DNA of 62,056 nt, the filler included, from Rhabdomonas costata (taxonomy: Eukaryota): the NCBI GenBank assembly GCA_019059605.1. It is 25 parts of 25 records of this genome, joined end to end, with 100 filler letters (N's around TTAATTAATTAA, not from the genome) between each part and the next. Parts side by side here need not be neighbours in the genome. Positions count along the whole stretch, not along the records: positions 1 to 2,389 come from JAHMHO010003660.1; positions 2,490 to 4,878 come from JAHMHO010003661.1; positions 4,979 to 7,366 come from JAHMHO010003662.1; positions 7,467 to 9,855 come from JAHMHO010003663.1; positions 9,956 to 12,344 come from JAHMHO010003664.1; 20 more parts are not named here. The stretch is one strand, 5' to 3'. A program made the position numbers and the translations under genes. Under the pieces are notes generated by a model. It made no database searches, was not told the DNA's origin, and was given only the letters and a program-made list of their open reading frames with translations. Shown here one piece after another: positions 1 to 12,018 of this stretch (position 1 is the first letter of the stretch; each line of letters begins with the position of its first letter).

Positions 1-2389
1 GCTCACTGTATTCACCGCGCATCAGCCGCGGGAAGAATGTTCTTGCTCTTCACTACTCGCCAAAACCGCAGCCACCATCAGCACCACGGCCGCGACCCCC
101 GTCCGCAAACGCAGTGCGCCATTTCACATCTACCGCCGACCGCAGCGCCCGCGGCAAGCTCCCAAAAGCGGCTCCTTGCCGCAGCGCACCCAACATGATC
201 ACCTACAACACACACCACGAAGTCACCAGGAACTCTGCACACACCACCAGCCACGAACTATCCAAAGCACCACACGAGCCACACACCTACACGACCCAAC
301 CTAACTTCAATCCCACACCAGCCAACAGCACCGAACACACCGTATACGCCTCAGAATGCACATTCCCAAGCCACATGTAACTGAAACACAGAGAGCTTCA
401 CCAATCCACCCAGCACCATCAAACACGCCCCACACGACACCTCCACACCATTCACACCACCCCACATCGCAACCCACCCGATGACTTCCACCAAACCCTA
501 GCCATACCAATGCAACATCAAGCACATAGCCACCATAGCAACACCTGACACCACGCCCTACCAACACAGCAACCCACTGCAGACCCTGACACACCAACCA
601 AAAGCAACACAACAGGACGCAAGCACAACAACCACACCAAATGCGCGTTCACAAGTTCGAAGCACAGCAACAAGCACACCAATATTGGCACCACATAAAT
701 CCCATTGAAGCCACGCACAACACCTCTACGCACACATTGGACCCCAAACCATACCACGTAGATCGATTCTGCAGCAGACACAACACACAAATCAATACAG
801 TCACACACGCAATCGCCAAAGCACCCACGAACCATGCACCTATCAAATCCACGCATGCTCCACACTACGCCAGCCACGAACCCAACCCTGCAACCATCAA
901 TGCCACCGAAACAAACCGAAACACCACCCGAACCAAGCCCACCTAACACACACGATATCCGCGCACTCAAACCCACAAAACCACCCTCTGAAGACAGAAG
1001 CAATCTTTGTAGCTGACCGACACATACATCCACACCACTGTAGAGAAGCGAACCAGCCAAGCTAGGGTCACCTACCAAGTTGAAATCCAACGCACCGCTA
1101 CAACAGAATACGCATCACCCACGCACTAAGCACAGAGGATCACACCAAAGTCGTCTTGAAGACACAAACCCAGCACCGCAAGTAGAGGAAAAATAACGGC
1201 AGACGAACCAGCACAACACCGCAAAGAACCACCACACCCAAACCCAAGTCTAAGGGGATGCTGAAAAAGAGACAGTATTGCGCCTAAAACGTAAGTCAAC
1301 CACGGGAACCCACAAGACAAATTATCGCACGAAGTGAGACGCAACAGACCAGATTCAGGGAACAACATCATCGTAGAAATTAGTAACTTAGCTAAGGAAC
1401 CTAGAAAGCTACGGAGACAGGAATCCGAACCCGAAGGCAAAACGCCAAATAACCCAACGCAACAAAAAGACCGACTATGAAACAACCAATAAAACCTAGC
1501 GAAGAATATAAAGGCGACACAACAGTCCAAGACAGCTGTTTAGGCCTTCCATCCTCATCATAAACAAAGACACTAATGTAACCACTACAGAATCTCAACA
1601 CCACAACCCAGGAACACTCCGACACAAAGAACACCATCACCACCCACCCTAACCCCTACACCATGACCCTAAGCACACAACCCACCAGACGCACCGTAAT
1701 CCTGCGCACAGAACCCTACAAAATGAACACAGACACGCAAATCCAACCATCGAAATCGCACTCCGATACCAACACCTAACCAAGAAACACGAAGACCGAT
1801 GCGATAAATCTACCCCTGAAACCATGAGCACGAAACCCACCACACTACCCATACACCAGCACACACGCTCATCATCACCCGGTACGCACTCCACCACCTA
1901 GCGCATGATACCATCATTCTACTCACTAACAATATGCACCCCTTCCTCATACCACCATACACCCACCATGAGGCCCCAACCACAAGCTTCACTCCCTCAC
2001 ACCGCTACACACCTGAGGCACACCTGTGCAAGCTGCATACCCCATGTGATGGTACACTAGATGCAAACTCACAGATGCACGAGAATACGGCATGATACAC
2101 CACTACTTGCAATTGCCAAAGAGACGCTTTGGACTTCACGGTCTGGTAGCGGCATGGCGGGGCCCATGATCCTTTGGACAAGGCACACCATCTCAAGGAT
2201 AATCGGTACCTGCCGTGCCACCAGGACGCAAAATGGAGTTACTCCGTGTGGGCCGCAAACACGCATGGCGTATTTCACCACCATCTTTTGCAAAAAAAAA
2301 GCTTATCAAGCAGCTGAAGACTAGCTGCGCCTACGCCAACGATACATCCGAGGACCTGGACGCCAAGGTGTGGAAAGCGGTGTCCACGG

Positions 2390-2489
2390 NNNNNNNNNNN
2401 NNNNNNNNNNNNNNNNNNNNNNNNNNNNNNNNNTTAATTAATTAANNNNNNNNNNNNNNNNNNNNNNNNNNNNNNNNNNNNNNNNNNNN
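2390..2489. other. Artificial contig-joining spacer N44-TTAATTAATTAA-N44 (first of 24, recurring every ~2.49 kb; last at 59573-59672)
   Basis: Identical palindromic 12-mer with stops in all six frames, flanked by 44 N each side; the sequences on either side are unrelated. Confidence 0.98.
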
Positions 2490-2544
2490 TGTGGGGTTGG
2501 TGGGATTTTTCTGGATATGTTTTTCTGGATTTTTCTGCGCCCAG

Positions 2545-2710
2545 GGGAACCGCTGCGCTTCGGGCGCAGGCTGCGGCTCGGGAGCTGTACCTGGAGAGCG
2601 TCGAGGCAAGGTACGTCGCTGCTGTGCAGCAGACATCGGCAGAGAAGGAGCGGCAGGCCATCCTGCAACAGCTGCTGTCCCAGCTCGAGGAGCAGCTTAG
2701 GACCACAGAC
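2545..2710 (+). CDS. Internal exon, coiled-coil-like protein of unknown function
   Basis: Pyrimidine tract plus cag at 2542-2544; open GC-rich frame GTAALRAQAAARELYLESVEARY...QQLLSQLEEQLRTTD; gtacgt donor at 2711. Confidence 0.5.
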
Positions 2711-2989
2711 GTACGTTCTCTCTCTCTTTCTCTCTCGCTTCGATTTGAACTCAAAAAGTGTGGTGATGTGAAGTATCAGTGTACGCTGACTAAGAGCAAG
2801 AGCTGACGATGAACCCTGCCCCGCGAAATGATCTGTGCAGTGATTAAGCCCAAAGTCATTTTCCTCATCAACGGGATGTTTCGTGGTTTCGGAAACGCGA
2901 GAAAGTTGAATTCTTATGGCTTTTTGAGGTTCAGAGCGGCGGTGAAGGAAGCAGGAGAAATTAAGCATAACTTACCACATAACTTACCA

Positions 2990-3950
2990 CACAACATTTC
3001 GAATCACACGTTAAATGGGCTCTCATCGGTCAGCTTTGTATTTTGGTTAATCCTCGCTGGGGCTGATCAAATGAGGAAAATATTACGCAGAATGCCACAA
3101 ACTTTCCCACACTACCACATTCCAGAATCCAGTTTATCACAGCTTATTTTTACAAATTCAACCTCTGCTGAATTTTCCTTCCCGGGATCATTGTGTCAGT
3201 CAGTGGTCACTGGATCTCCGCATCGACCTTGTCCTTCGTATCCATTCCGTTTTTTCACGCGGATTCGTGGGTTTACCCTGAGGGTAAGGACCTGCCCTGA
3301 CACCCCGAATCGCGAAACACAAGGCTCTTTTATCCCTTCCTTGCTGTAATCCCTCCCTTTTATCATCCTAATTCCGAGGCTTGGGTCTCCAATTGACAGT
3401 AGAATTTATGCCACCCACCTCCTTTCTAGCTGCCACTCTTGTCAGTCGTCTCCTCCTTCTCGCCGACTTTCCGTGCTGCATCCGAACGGCTTGTTTTCCT
3501 TCAGCACTGTGTCCCATGAGTTGCTTAGAGAAGTCCTCGCACAGTTTAATCTCCCATTATTCCAGATTAAATCCACTTTTCGTTTGTCATCGTCCTCCGT
3601 CTCCACCCGAAGACTTGGAGTAGTGAATTATATCGGAAACTTTCTTGGATTTACAGCTCCGAAAGGCACCATTCTGTTCGCCTTCTCGTTCTGCATCCGC
3701 TGAGGCCCTTTCTGTGAAAATTCTCTGCAATCCGGCCTCATCGTCTCCGGCGAAAACTCTCATCTCCAGCCCCATGTTGACCTCTCAAAACCAACCATCT
3801 ACTCTCCGTCTCCACATCTAACCGACCCTGTGCTCCTCCTCCTCCTCCTTTCTCAGTGACTCGGTCTTCCGCTGGGGACATTCTTTGATGAAAGTGCCCA
3901 ACTTGGCCACATTAGTTTTTACACAGAAGGCACTCTTTGTTGGGTATCAT
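2990..3950 (-). mobile_element. Possible highly degenerate non-LTR retroelement remnant (CCHC knuckle, then APE-endonuclease-like start)
   Basis: Minus strand ~3925-3860 reads CKN*CGQVGHF/IKECP (one stop, one frameshift). Downstream GFWNV (~3130) and QNTKL (~3040) resemble the WNV and QETK motifs of APE endonucleases. Motif-level only. Confidence 0.3.
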
Positions 3951-5728
3951 GTTGGCTAGCCTTCGTGTGGGCGGTGGGGCTGGGTGGTTTGGGGCTTGGT
4001 TGCTAAGCGTGCGTGTATTCTTATTGTATTCTAGTGTAGGGTTTCGTGGCATATAGGGCATAGTGGTTAGGGGTTATGTGTAGGTGTATGGTATAGGTAT
4101 AGGTGGTTGGGTTGGGGTTGGATTCAGAGCGTTGGTTTGTGAGGTTGATATTGGAGTGGGATGATTGGTTGGAGGGTTCGGGAAAATACACTGGATGCAA
4201 CCTTCTTCATCTGAAAGTCCTACCCACATTATGCGGAACTGTTGCAAGTTGGTCGTGCCACGCACCCCCATGCGGTTCCTTCCGTGGCCTGGCTATCCGC
4301 CTCACCCGGGGTCCCCCCCATGATCCCTTTGCTGACCGTCTGCCTCTCACCTGGACGTGCTCTGGTCTTCTGTGCTCGCCTTCGCGCTGTGGATGGGTAG
4401 CCTGGCCCATGGATAGGTGGACTATGTGGACTAGTAGCTGTAGTAGTCCTGTAGTATTGACTACACTGCATCATGGTCGCCTGTAGTGGTGGCAGAAAAC
4501 CGCCTTCATTCAGTGCTCGCAATGCTGTGCGTCAGCGCCAGAGGCAGGCGCGAAGGACGTAGCATTGGAGCAAGGGCAGCCCAGCTGCTGACAGGGTCGC
4601 AGTAGGTCCCAGTATGAATAGTGGTCGTCTCCGGACAGCTTAATGCGGGAATGTACTCGCTGAGCCAAACGAACAAAACACACAAAGATCGTGGGGTTGG
4701 TTTCCCCAGGGTCGAACTTGGAGTGTAGGAAGCGCGCCGTAAATGACTTCGAGCGTCCCGAGTGGGCGTGCAGACCAGTCGCATCAAGGCAATCATACTC
4801 GGTTTGCGACCACTTGGGCTGTGCCGCATCCTGCAGCAATGTGCGGCAGTGGCGGGTTGTAGCGACATACCACTGCTCNNNNNNNNNNNNNNNNNNNNNN
4901 NNNNNNNNNNNNNNNNNNNNNNTTAATTAATTAANNNNNNNNNNNNNNNNNNNNNNNNNNNNNNNNNNNNNNNNNNNNAAAAGAATGATCCCAGGCAGAA
5001 GAAGGGTGGAAGTCGGGGCTGTCTGACACGCTTCCAGCCAATGGATGGGGGGGATGCCAGCGGATGGAAGTATTGTGCTCAGGTCCTTTTGGTCGATTTG
5101 CACATTTGCACTCGGTGTTTTGGGTGGGATATTTTGAATGTGAGTGCTGCTCGTTGGCAGGAGAGACTTCAGCTGTGATTTGTTGGGGTTCAGAGGCTTG
5201 CCTTAGGAACGAGAAAACGCCTGAATGAAAAATAGGAAGGGACGCGAATGTTAGCGACACAATGTCACATTTCTTATATACCCGCCTGAAGCTCTGTTGA
5301 GCAGCCGCCTGGTGCAAACCGCCACGTTGAAGGCCAATCTCACTGCCCTGCCCCGTGCGTCCCAGCCAGTCATGCATACATGCGTATAACAAGAGGCTAA
5401 GCCCTGCTCCTTGGGGTCGAGTGTGCATTAAACGCTGATTTTCTGTGTTGACGAGCTGACGGAGGTCCGCTTTAAATAAAAAAAACACGCTCAGTGTTAT
5501 AAGCTGGTGAATGAAATGTCAACGAAGTGACAGGGAAAGCAGGGTCGTCTCTTTTTGTTTTAATTTTTCTCCGTCCGAAATGCTCTCATCTAATAAACAG
5601 TTCTCACTTTAAGAGAAGAGGGCAAAATTTTTAGGATGGAGCTGCCCCTTCTGATAGAGTGAGCTCTGGCTTCTCATTTGCAGGTGGGGATTTTGTCCCT
5701 CAATTTTTCTGCTCTGCTGATTTGGATT

Positions 5729-6601
5729 ATGGGATTCTTTTCGCGGTCCCGTCGCGTGCTTCTTGGCGGGGCCGGGGCTGTCGTGGCTCTTCCCCTGGGG
5801 TATGCCCTTGCGCAGCAGCTGCTGGGGCCATCTTTCGGGGAAATCCCCCAGTTGGCATTTCAGCAGAACCCCACCAATTTGCACCTGCTGTCCCAGTGCC
5901 CCTCGCTCACCTCTGAGATGAAGCTGATGGACTTCATCTCCCCTCATGTGGACTCCTTTATCTACACCTATGTCAGCTCTCGGCGCAGCGTGAAATTCAA
6001 GGTCAACCAGACCTTAACCCTTCCAGACGGGGGCACGATTGGGGTGGACTGGCTGACCCCCCCTGACCCGGACCGAACCACCCCCACTGTGGTGGTGATG
6101 CATGGACTGACCGGGTGCACCCGTTCGATGTTTACGCACATCCGCAAGCTGCAGGCCGCGGGCTTCGCGGTGGCTGGGGTCAACCGCCGTGGCCATGGCA
6201 CCCCACTGCTGCCGCTGACCACCCCGAAGTTCAGCGTTTTCGGGGATGCGGATGACTTACGGGAGGCCGTGATGCACATCCACCGACAGGTGATAGTCAA
6301 ATGGATCAGAAGCACTACCCAAGCGCTGTTTTCCGACCCACTGCCTCCCATACGCAGCGGGCACCACAAGAACAGGACTGGGTGCCCACAGGCATCGCGA
6401 GAGAGCAGAGGGGAATTGTTTTTCACATGTTTTAAAGTCTTCCCTATGAACTTAGGTGCCCAAGTCTCCGATCGTGCTGCTGGGCCTCTGCGCGGGCGCT
6501 GGCTCCATCCTGGCCTGCGTTGCCAATGAGGGCGAGAAGTTTTACAACAAAAAGAAGCTGAGTGGCGGTGACAAAGACCCCTATGAAGACTTTCCTGTGC
6601 G
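5729..6601 (+). CDS. Alpha/beta hydrolase, ABHD1-3/YheT-like, 5' part (exon 5729-6289; exon from 6456 to about 6601)
   Basis: Motifs LPDGGTIGVDW, VVVMHGLTG, NRRGHG, LTTPKF..GDADDL; phase-0 intron gtgata(6290)..ttag(6455); second exon VPKSPIVLLGLCAGAG occupies the nucleophile elbow. Confidence 0.85.
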
Positions 6602-9600
6602 GTGCGTGCCGCACCACTATACTCTTGCTTCTCAGTGTCCACAGCACTTCTCATGCGAAGTTCTCCACAAAGGGCCGCTCTCTGCTTATAACCGTATGGC
6701 TTCGCGCCTTCTCGCAGGATTTTCTGTGCGGGTTTGTGAAAGCGTTTTGTCGGCGTGGTTCTTCTACCCTGTTTCGCTGTCGTCATTCCTCCGTTCCGTC
6801 AGGCTCAGGGTCTGTCGCTGAGATGCTGATTGGGCCCCCCACCCCCCACCGGCACGCGTGTTGGGTTTTTTGTGCTTCCTATGAAGGTTCTGTGCCCTTG
6901 TTTGCAGAGCTGCCCTCGCGCTGTCCCCAGCATATCATCTGCCCACCATTTTGGCCACAATGCCCTGGATCTACAGCAAGTACTTCGCCTATAGGCTCAC
7001 AAAAGGTTTGGAGCGGACTGCGCCTCCGACAAGCCTCCCCTCTCAGCACACCTTTGCACCTTTGCATTTAAGGGTGCTTAACTCCGTCTTTCTACGGAGC
7101 ATAGTGAGCTATGGCTGCCTCTAAAGATCTTTCTGTATCAAGCGCTTGTTTTTCAGCCACCCCCAGCCCACCCTGTTCCCAAGTTTTTGGAACCTTACTA
7201 TGGATACATAAGAACAGTTATGAAGGGTCACAGGGGCCAATAAAACCCCCCTGGATGTAGGGGTCAAAAGACCGTAGGCCTTTCAATATTTTCAAAACCG
7301 CGACACGTGATTTTCTGGGACGAATTTGCAGGCTACCTGGAGACGAACAAATTCGTCCCAAAAAACNNNNNNNNNNNNNNNNNNNNNNNNNNNNNNNNNN
7401 NNNNNNNNNNTTAATTAATTAANNNNNNNNNNNNNNNNNNNNNNNNNNNNNNNNNNNNNNNNNNNNGGGGTTTGGGACAGGCACACGATGTTTTGGAGGG
7501 GAAAGGAATTCCTGGCTTAATTTGAGCAAAAGCGCAGTGGAAGGGCAGGGGGAGCGGGGCAGCTCATCAACCTCGGTGCGGAACCAGTGCCGCAAGAACG
7601 TCTGCACGGCACATTTGGGCTTCAGGTCCTCTGCCTCCTCCTCCTCGGGCTCGTTGGGGGAGTGCGGGGAGGAGGATCTCCCTGAAATAATGGATGCGGG
7701 TCTCCAGTTGATGTCACGATGACGAATTCTCCAAAGGGTTCAAACAGTCCCCAGGGAACTGAAGATTTCACAAACAAAAACACTGGTCCGAACGACAACC
7801 TTCTGTGGATAACTACTCTACATTCGTCCGGAAGGAAGCCAATTGCCGAACAGACTGCCTCGAAGCCCTTGAAGCCCGAACGCACGCCAATTATGAGAGC
7901 GTACTGAAGGTTTCTTCAGTACGATCTTCAGTAAGGCGGTGGGTGCAAGGCAATGGCATTCCCGGTTTACTATTGCCAGATCTCCCATGTGCATGACATA
8001 CGCTGGCTGATCAGTAGTCCATGGCAGCGGCAATCATTGTCTTCGTTGGGAGCAAAGTAAAGCCCGAAATACTCAGGGTCAACGGCCAACGCCTGCGAAG
8101 ACAAAGAACACAACTTTCCGCAATCAACCACCGAAAATGGAGATGGCGTCAATTCACACGTTCGTACGACATTTCCCGGTGGATGGATCACCGGAACTGA
8201 TGATTGCCCAAGGCCTTAATTCATTGCATCATTCAATTTTCAGAAGGCCAACTGTGAATTCCACAGACCCCACAACGCTTCTAATAAACCCAGGGACAGG
8301 CATTCGCAAAGAGACATTCCAGAGGAAGGGCATACAACGCAGTGGACACAATGGGTCGGCACCTGCCGAGCAATGCGACGGGCTTCTCTGAAAGGCTTCT
8401 GCTCTGCGGAGGCGGCAGCAGTGGGAGCGCTGGCAATGTCCACGTCCAAGTGCACTGCACTAGGGGACTGCAGCAGCAAGACCTCATCCGTCTGGGTGGA
8501 CACATGGGCCTTGCTGGGGGGAGGTTCGGGCATCACCATCGCAGTCCTAAAAAAAGGTGCCAGGGAGAAGGTCGACTGTGCGGAGCATCCCGTTGACTCG
8601 ACAAACGAATGTGCACAACCAGGTCATGAAAAGTGACCACTGGCGGGAGAGGGGAAGGGGGAAAGAAATGAAAAGGGGGGCATTTGGTGCTTTGCTGTCA
8701 TGTGCAGGTTGGGTTTCTTACAACGAACTGACGAAGTTCACTTTTGCCCTTCGTTTTGCGCGAGCGCTGAAGTGACAGGTGAGACCAACCACCCAAAAAA
8801 AGACGAACCCCCCCCCTCAAAAAAATATCTGGCGAACGCTTTGGCACCACGACAGAGTTCTACAAGGTCCAGCGCCTGCGCAGCGTTCGCTTCAACAATA
8901 ATAGAAGTAAAGAGGTACGTCGCAAAGAAGAAGGGAAGTGTCCGCCCTCCTGTGTGGTTCCCACCTGGAATACCTGCCCGAAAACCTCAGAATGCTCCTG
9001 TGAGATTCCGTCACTGGCAGGGGATGGGAAAAATGTTCCCTGCAGTTCGATTTGAATGATCGTCCTGGGCGACTGTTGTGTCCGCCATCGCCTCCTTCGT
9101 TTATTTTTCATTTCATTTTGTTTTTTGATCTGTTCTTATTTGCAATGGGTCTGAAACCATTCTGCGCCACGAGCTCAAGGAGTTGGAGGAACACCCTTTT
9201 TGTTACATTAATACATGTAGTTAAATTAATACCACATGTAGTGTCCTCATGCCCCCCACTACCAACTCCAACGCCATCTTAAAAAAGCCAGACAAATTGG
9301 GTTGAAAGGTTACCACATCCGGATGCGTCCGTGTCTACTTCTTTCTACTGTTCGAGTTCAACCACAACTCTCCCTTTTCAGCCCTAACCGAGTCACCTGC
9401 TTGCTGACGTCCTGATTCTCGTTGCCCATCAAGGCCACAATGCGAGGCTTAACGTCCAGCGCGTTCAGAATCCTTTGATGAAAATTGAAGCGAAATGTGA
9501 TATTCCCGCAGCGAACAGCAAGAGACGTGGCGGCGGTTCACGTGCTTGAAGAAAGTACACTGCGACCAAGAATCCCCTGTCCCACCCACTCGCCCACCGT

Positions 9601-9955
9601 GCAACAATCAATTCGGACGCTATCCCCATTTCTCTCTATCGTTTGAGCAGCATCAATTCCCGCATCAATTCGCAGGAACCTAAAAATTATGTTCACTTCA
9701 GTCAATTTTTGCTTTGGGAAATTCTGACATAATTCGGATCCTAACAAACTCAATCTCTGGATATTGAGGGCAAAGCCGAAGCAGGCCAAGGGGTCTTTTC
9801 TGTGTTCAGTGGCCATATCCCGGCCGGTCCTTGCACCGGGCCGGTACCCACACCCNNNNNNNNNNNNNNNNNNNNNNNNNNNNNNNNNNNNNNNNNNNNT
9901 TAATTAATTAANNNNNNNNNNNNNNNNNNNNNNNNNNNNNNNNNNNNNNNNNNNN

Positions 9956-10781
9956 GGTTGCCGGTGAACTCGGTGAGGCGCTGCGCCCTCCAGCGGAGAA
10001 GAACAGGGGCGTAGGACTCGGGAAGGGTCACCGCTCCCGTGATGACAATCACTGCAGCAAAGATGGTGAGGTACCCGAGGACCCACTTCCAACCTGAGGT
10101 CATCCCCAGAAACCCACCGGTAATCGGGCCCAGAGCGGGGCCCATGAAGGGTGCGGCGGAAAACACGGCCACGGCCAGGCCCCGCTCCTTCGCAGTGAAC
10201 ATGTCGGCGAGGGTTCCGCCGGAGTTCACCAAGGGACTGGCACCGAAGAAGCCCGCCAGGAACCGAAAGATAAGCAGAGTGTGGGTGTCCGAGGAGACGA
10301 TGGTGACCCCTTGCCACATCGTGAACATGGCGTAGGTGAAGATAAACAAGTTGCGGCGTCCCAGAACCTCGGAGAAAGGGGCCCACAGCAGAGGCCCAAA
10401 CGCAAACCCTAACACATAGAGAGAGACGCCCAGGGTCAGCACCACTGTGGAAGAGGGGAACTGCTGCGCAATCGAGAGGATCCCCCCAGAGTACGCGCTG
10501 GAGGCCAGGGAGACGGACAGCGTGGAAATTGCCAGGAAGATGGTGGAGTACCACTTGTAGGCCCGCGGCCAGGTCATGGCGTTCTCGGGGTGGTTGGGGA
10601 GCCACTCCACGAGGTACGGGTCCTCCTGGGTTCCCGAGCCGGCGTACTTGTGGTTGATGAGGTCATCGAAGGGGGTCTCGTAGTATCTCCACGGGGGCTT
10701 GAAAGTCTTCGGAGGAGTGAGGGTCAGGGCCCCAGAGGAGCCCACAGACTTCCCCATTTCCAGGTCAGAAGTTGCTATCAT
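9956..10781 (-). CDS. MFS transporter, DHA1 (drug:H+ antiporter 1) family, fungal-like; intronless over the visible 826 nt; truncated by contig end
   Basis: Motifs W...HPENAMTWP...KW, GFAFGPLLWAPFSEVLGRR, FRFLAGFFGASPL, GGTLADMF..KERG, GPALGPITGG, PESYAPVLL. Confidence 0.93.
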
Positions 10782-10850
10782 TTCTCAAAGGAACGAAATC
10801 GCGGGACACACACAAGACAACACAACACAAACAATCAGAAGAACAAGGAA

Positions 10851-10866
10851 CTGTAAGAGAGAGAGA
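10851..10866 (-). promoter_or_regulatory. Polypyrimidine tract plus AG (cis- or trans-splice acceptor candidate) about 70 nt upstream of the MFS start
   Basis: Minus strand reads tctctctctcttacag. Confidence 0.4.
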
Positions 10867-11968
10867 TGCGTGTGTGGATGGAAGGGCACGGCGCACACTC
10901 TCACCCCAATGTCGGTCGTGTCGTCCAACCCAACAGCACCACAGTGAACGCACCAAAAAGCCAACAGGTGTGCAGAACAAGCAGCACAAGGACATGCCAC
11001 AGCTCACCGCGCCAAGGCGCTATGTGTGTGCGTGTGATGAACGTGTGCGTGATGAACTCTTAGCTGAGCAGCTGAATGATCGGGTGTCTTACTGAAGTGG
11101 CTGGCGTTTCGACCCTGGCGGTGTGGTTGGGTCAGCATCAGCAAGACACCATCTCCGCCTGTCTTGGACGCTCTTCGTCGGGTTCTTTGCAACTATGGGG
11201 TGGAGGTCGACTTTTCGTGGGATGCTTGGCATCTGAAATGGGCACGAGACAGGGGAAGTGGATTTCTTAGGGAGAAGCTGGTGGCGTGAGGCTTCCAGCC
11301 GCTCCACAAAGCAGTGGTGATCAAGAACAGTAGTGGTAATCAAGAACTTGCCCAGGGCAACTACCATTCCCGGCTTTGTGCCGAGCTGCTGCGCAAAAAC
11401 TCCTCTGGATATTTGCGGCCTCCCAATAACTGCCAGGGCTGTATTCAGCGCGGCATGACTAGAGCTCAGAGGGGCGGCTGGGGCGCTCTGTTTTGTGAGC
11501 GAGCGTACCATCCTTCGTTACGCCGTCCTCAAAATACTCGGCCATTCAGTCCACGAACCACTCATGTAGGTCAGCGCTCTCTGAGACGGCGCTTCCAGTT
11601 CTCAACCGCCCCCACCCCCCGGCTTGAGAGTACCGATTTTCTTTTTTGTGCAGTCGTCGCAGGGTAGTTATGCAATGGCGTCTTGAGCTTCTTCTCAGGG
11701 GGCTCGCTCGAGGAAGCTTATTATTGGAGAGTACTTGTTGCCAACAGAAAACGGCATCTGGCCACATTCCGATAGTCCGCCCCGATTTTTATCGCAAGTA
11801 ACAAACCTGCGGCCTCCGAGTGTCCAACCAACTACAATACACCTTCTTCAGTGAAACCGGAAATTAACTGAAAGAATGAGTTCACCTTCAATTGAGCGGT
11901 CATTTTCCGTCATTGGTTGAACAAATCTGAGCAAATTTGCCGTCTGGACTGAATTCCTAGTTTTTGAT

Positions 11969-12018
11969 ATGGCCGATGACAGTGAGTGGCTTTTCGAATC
12001 AATCATTCAGTTCCTAAG
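11969..12018 (+). CDS. First exon of a CFAP36 (CCDC104/BARTL1)-like ciliary protein
   Basis: ATG, MADDSEWLFESIIQFL(R), then gtgcgc donor at 12019. Resembles the CFAP36 N-terminus (EW..ESI..FLR) but is only 16 codons. Confidence 0.6.

Noticed and set aside
114-2000. Long Cys/Val/Gly or His/Thr/Pro ORFs in contig 1
   Set aside because: Products of A/C skew; no motifs or splice structure.
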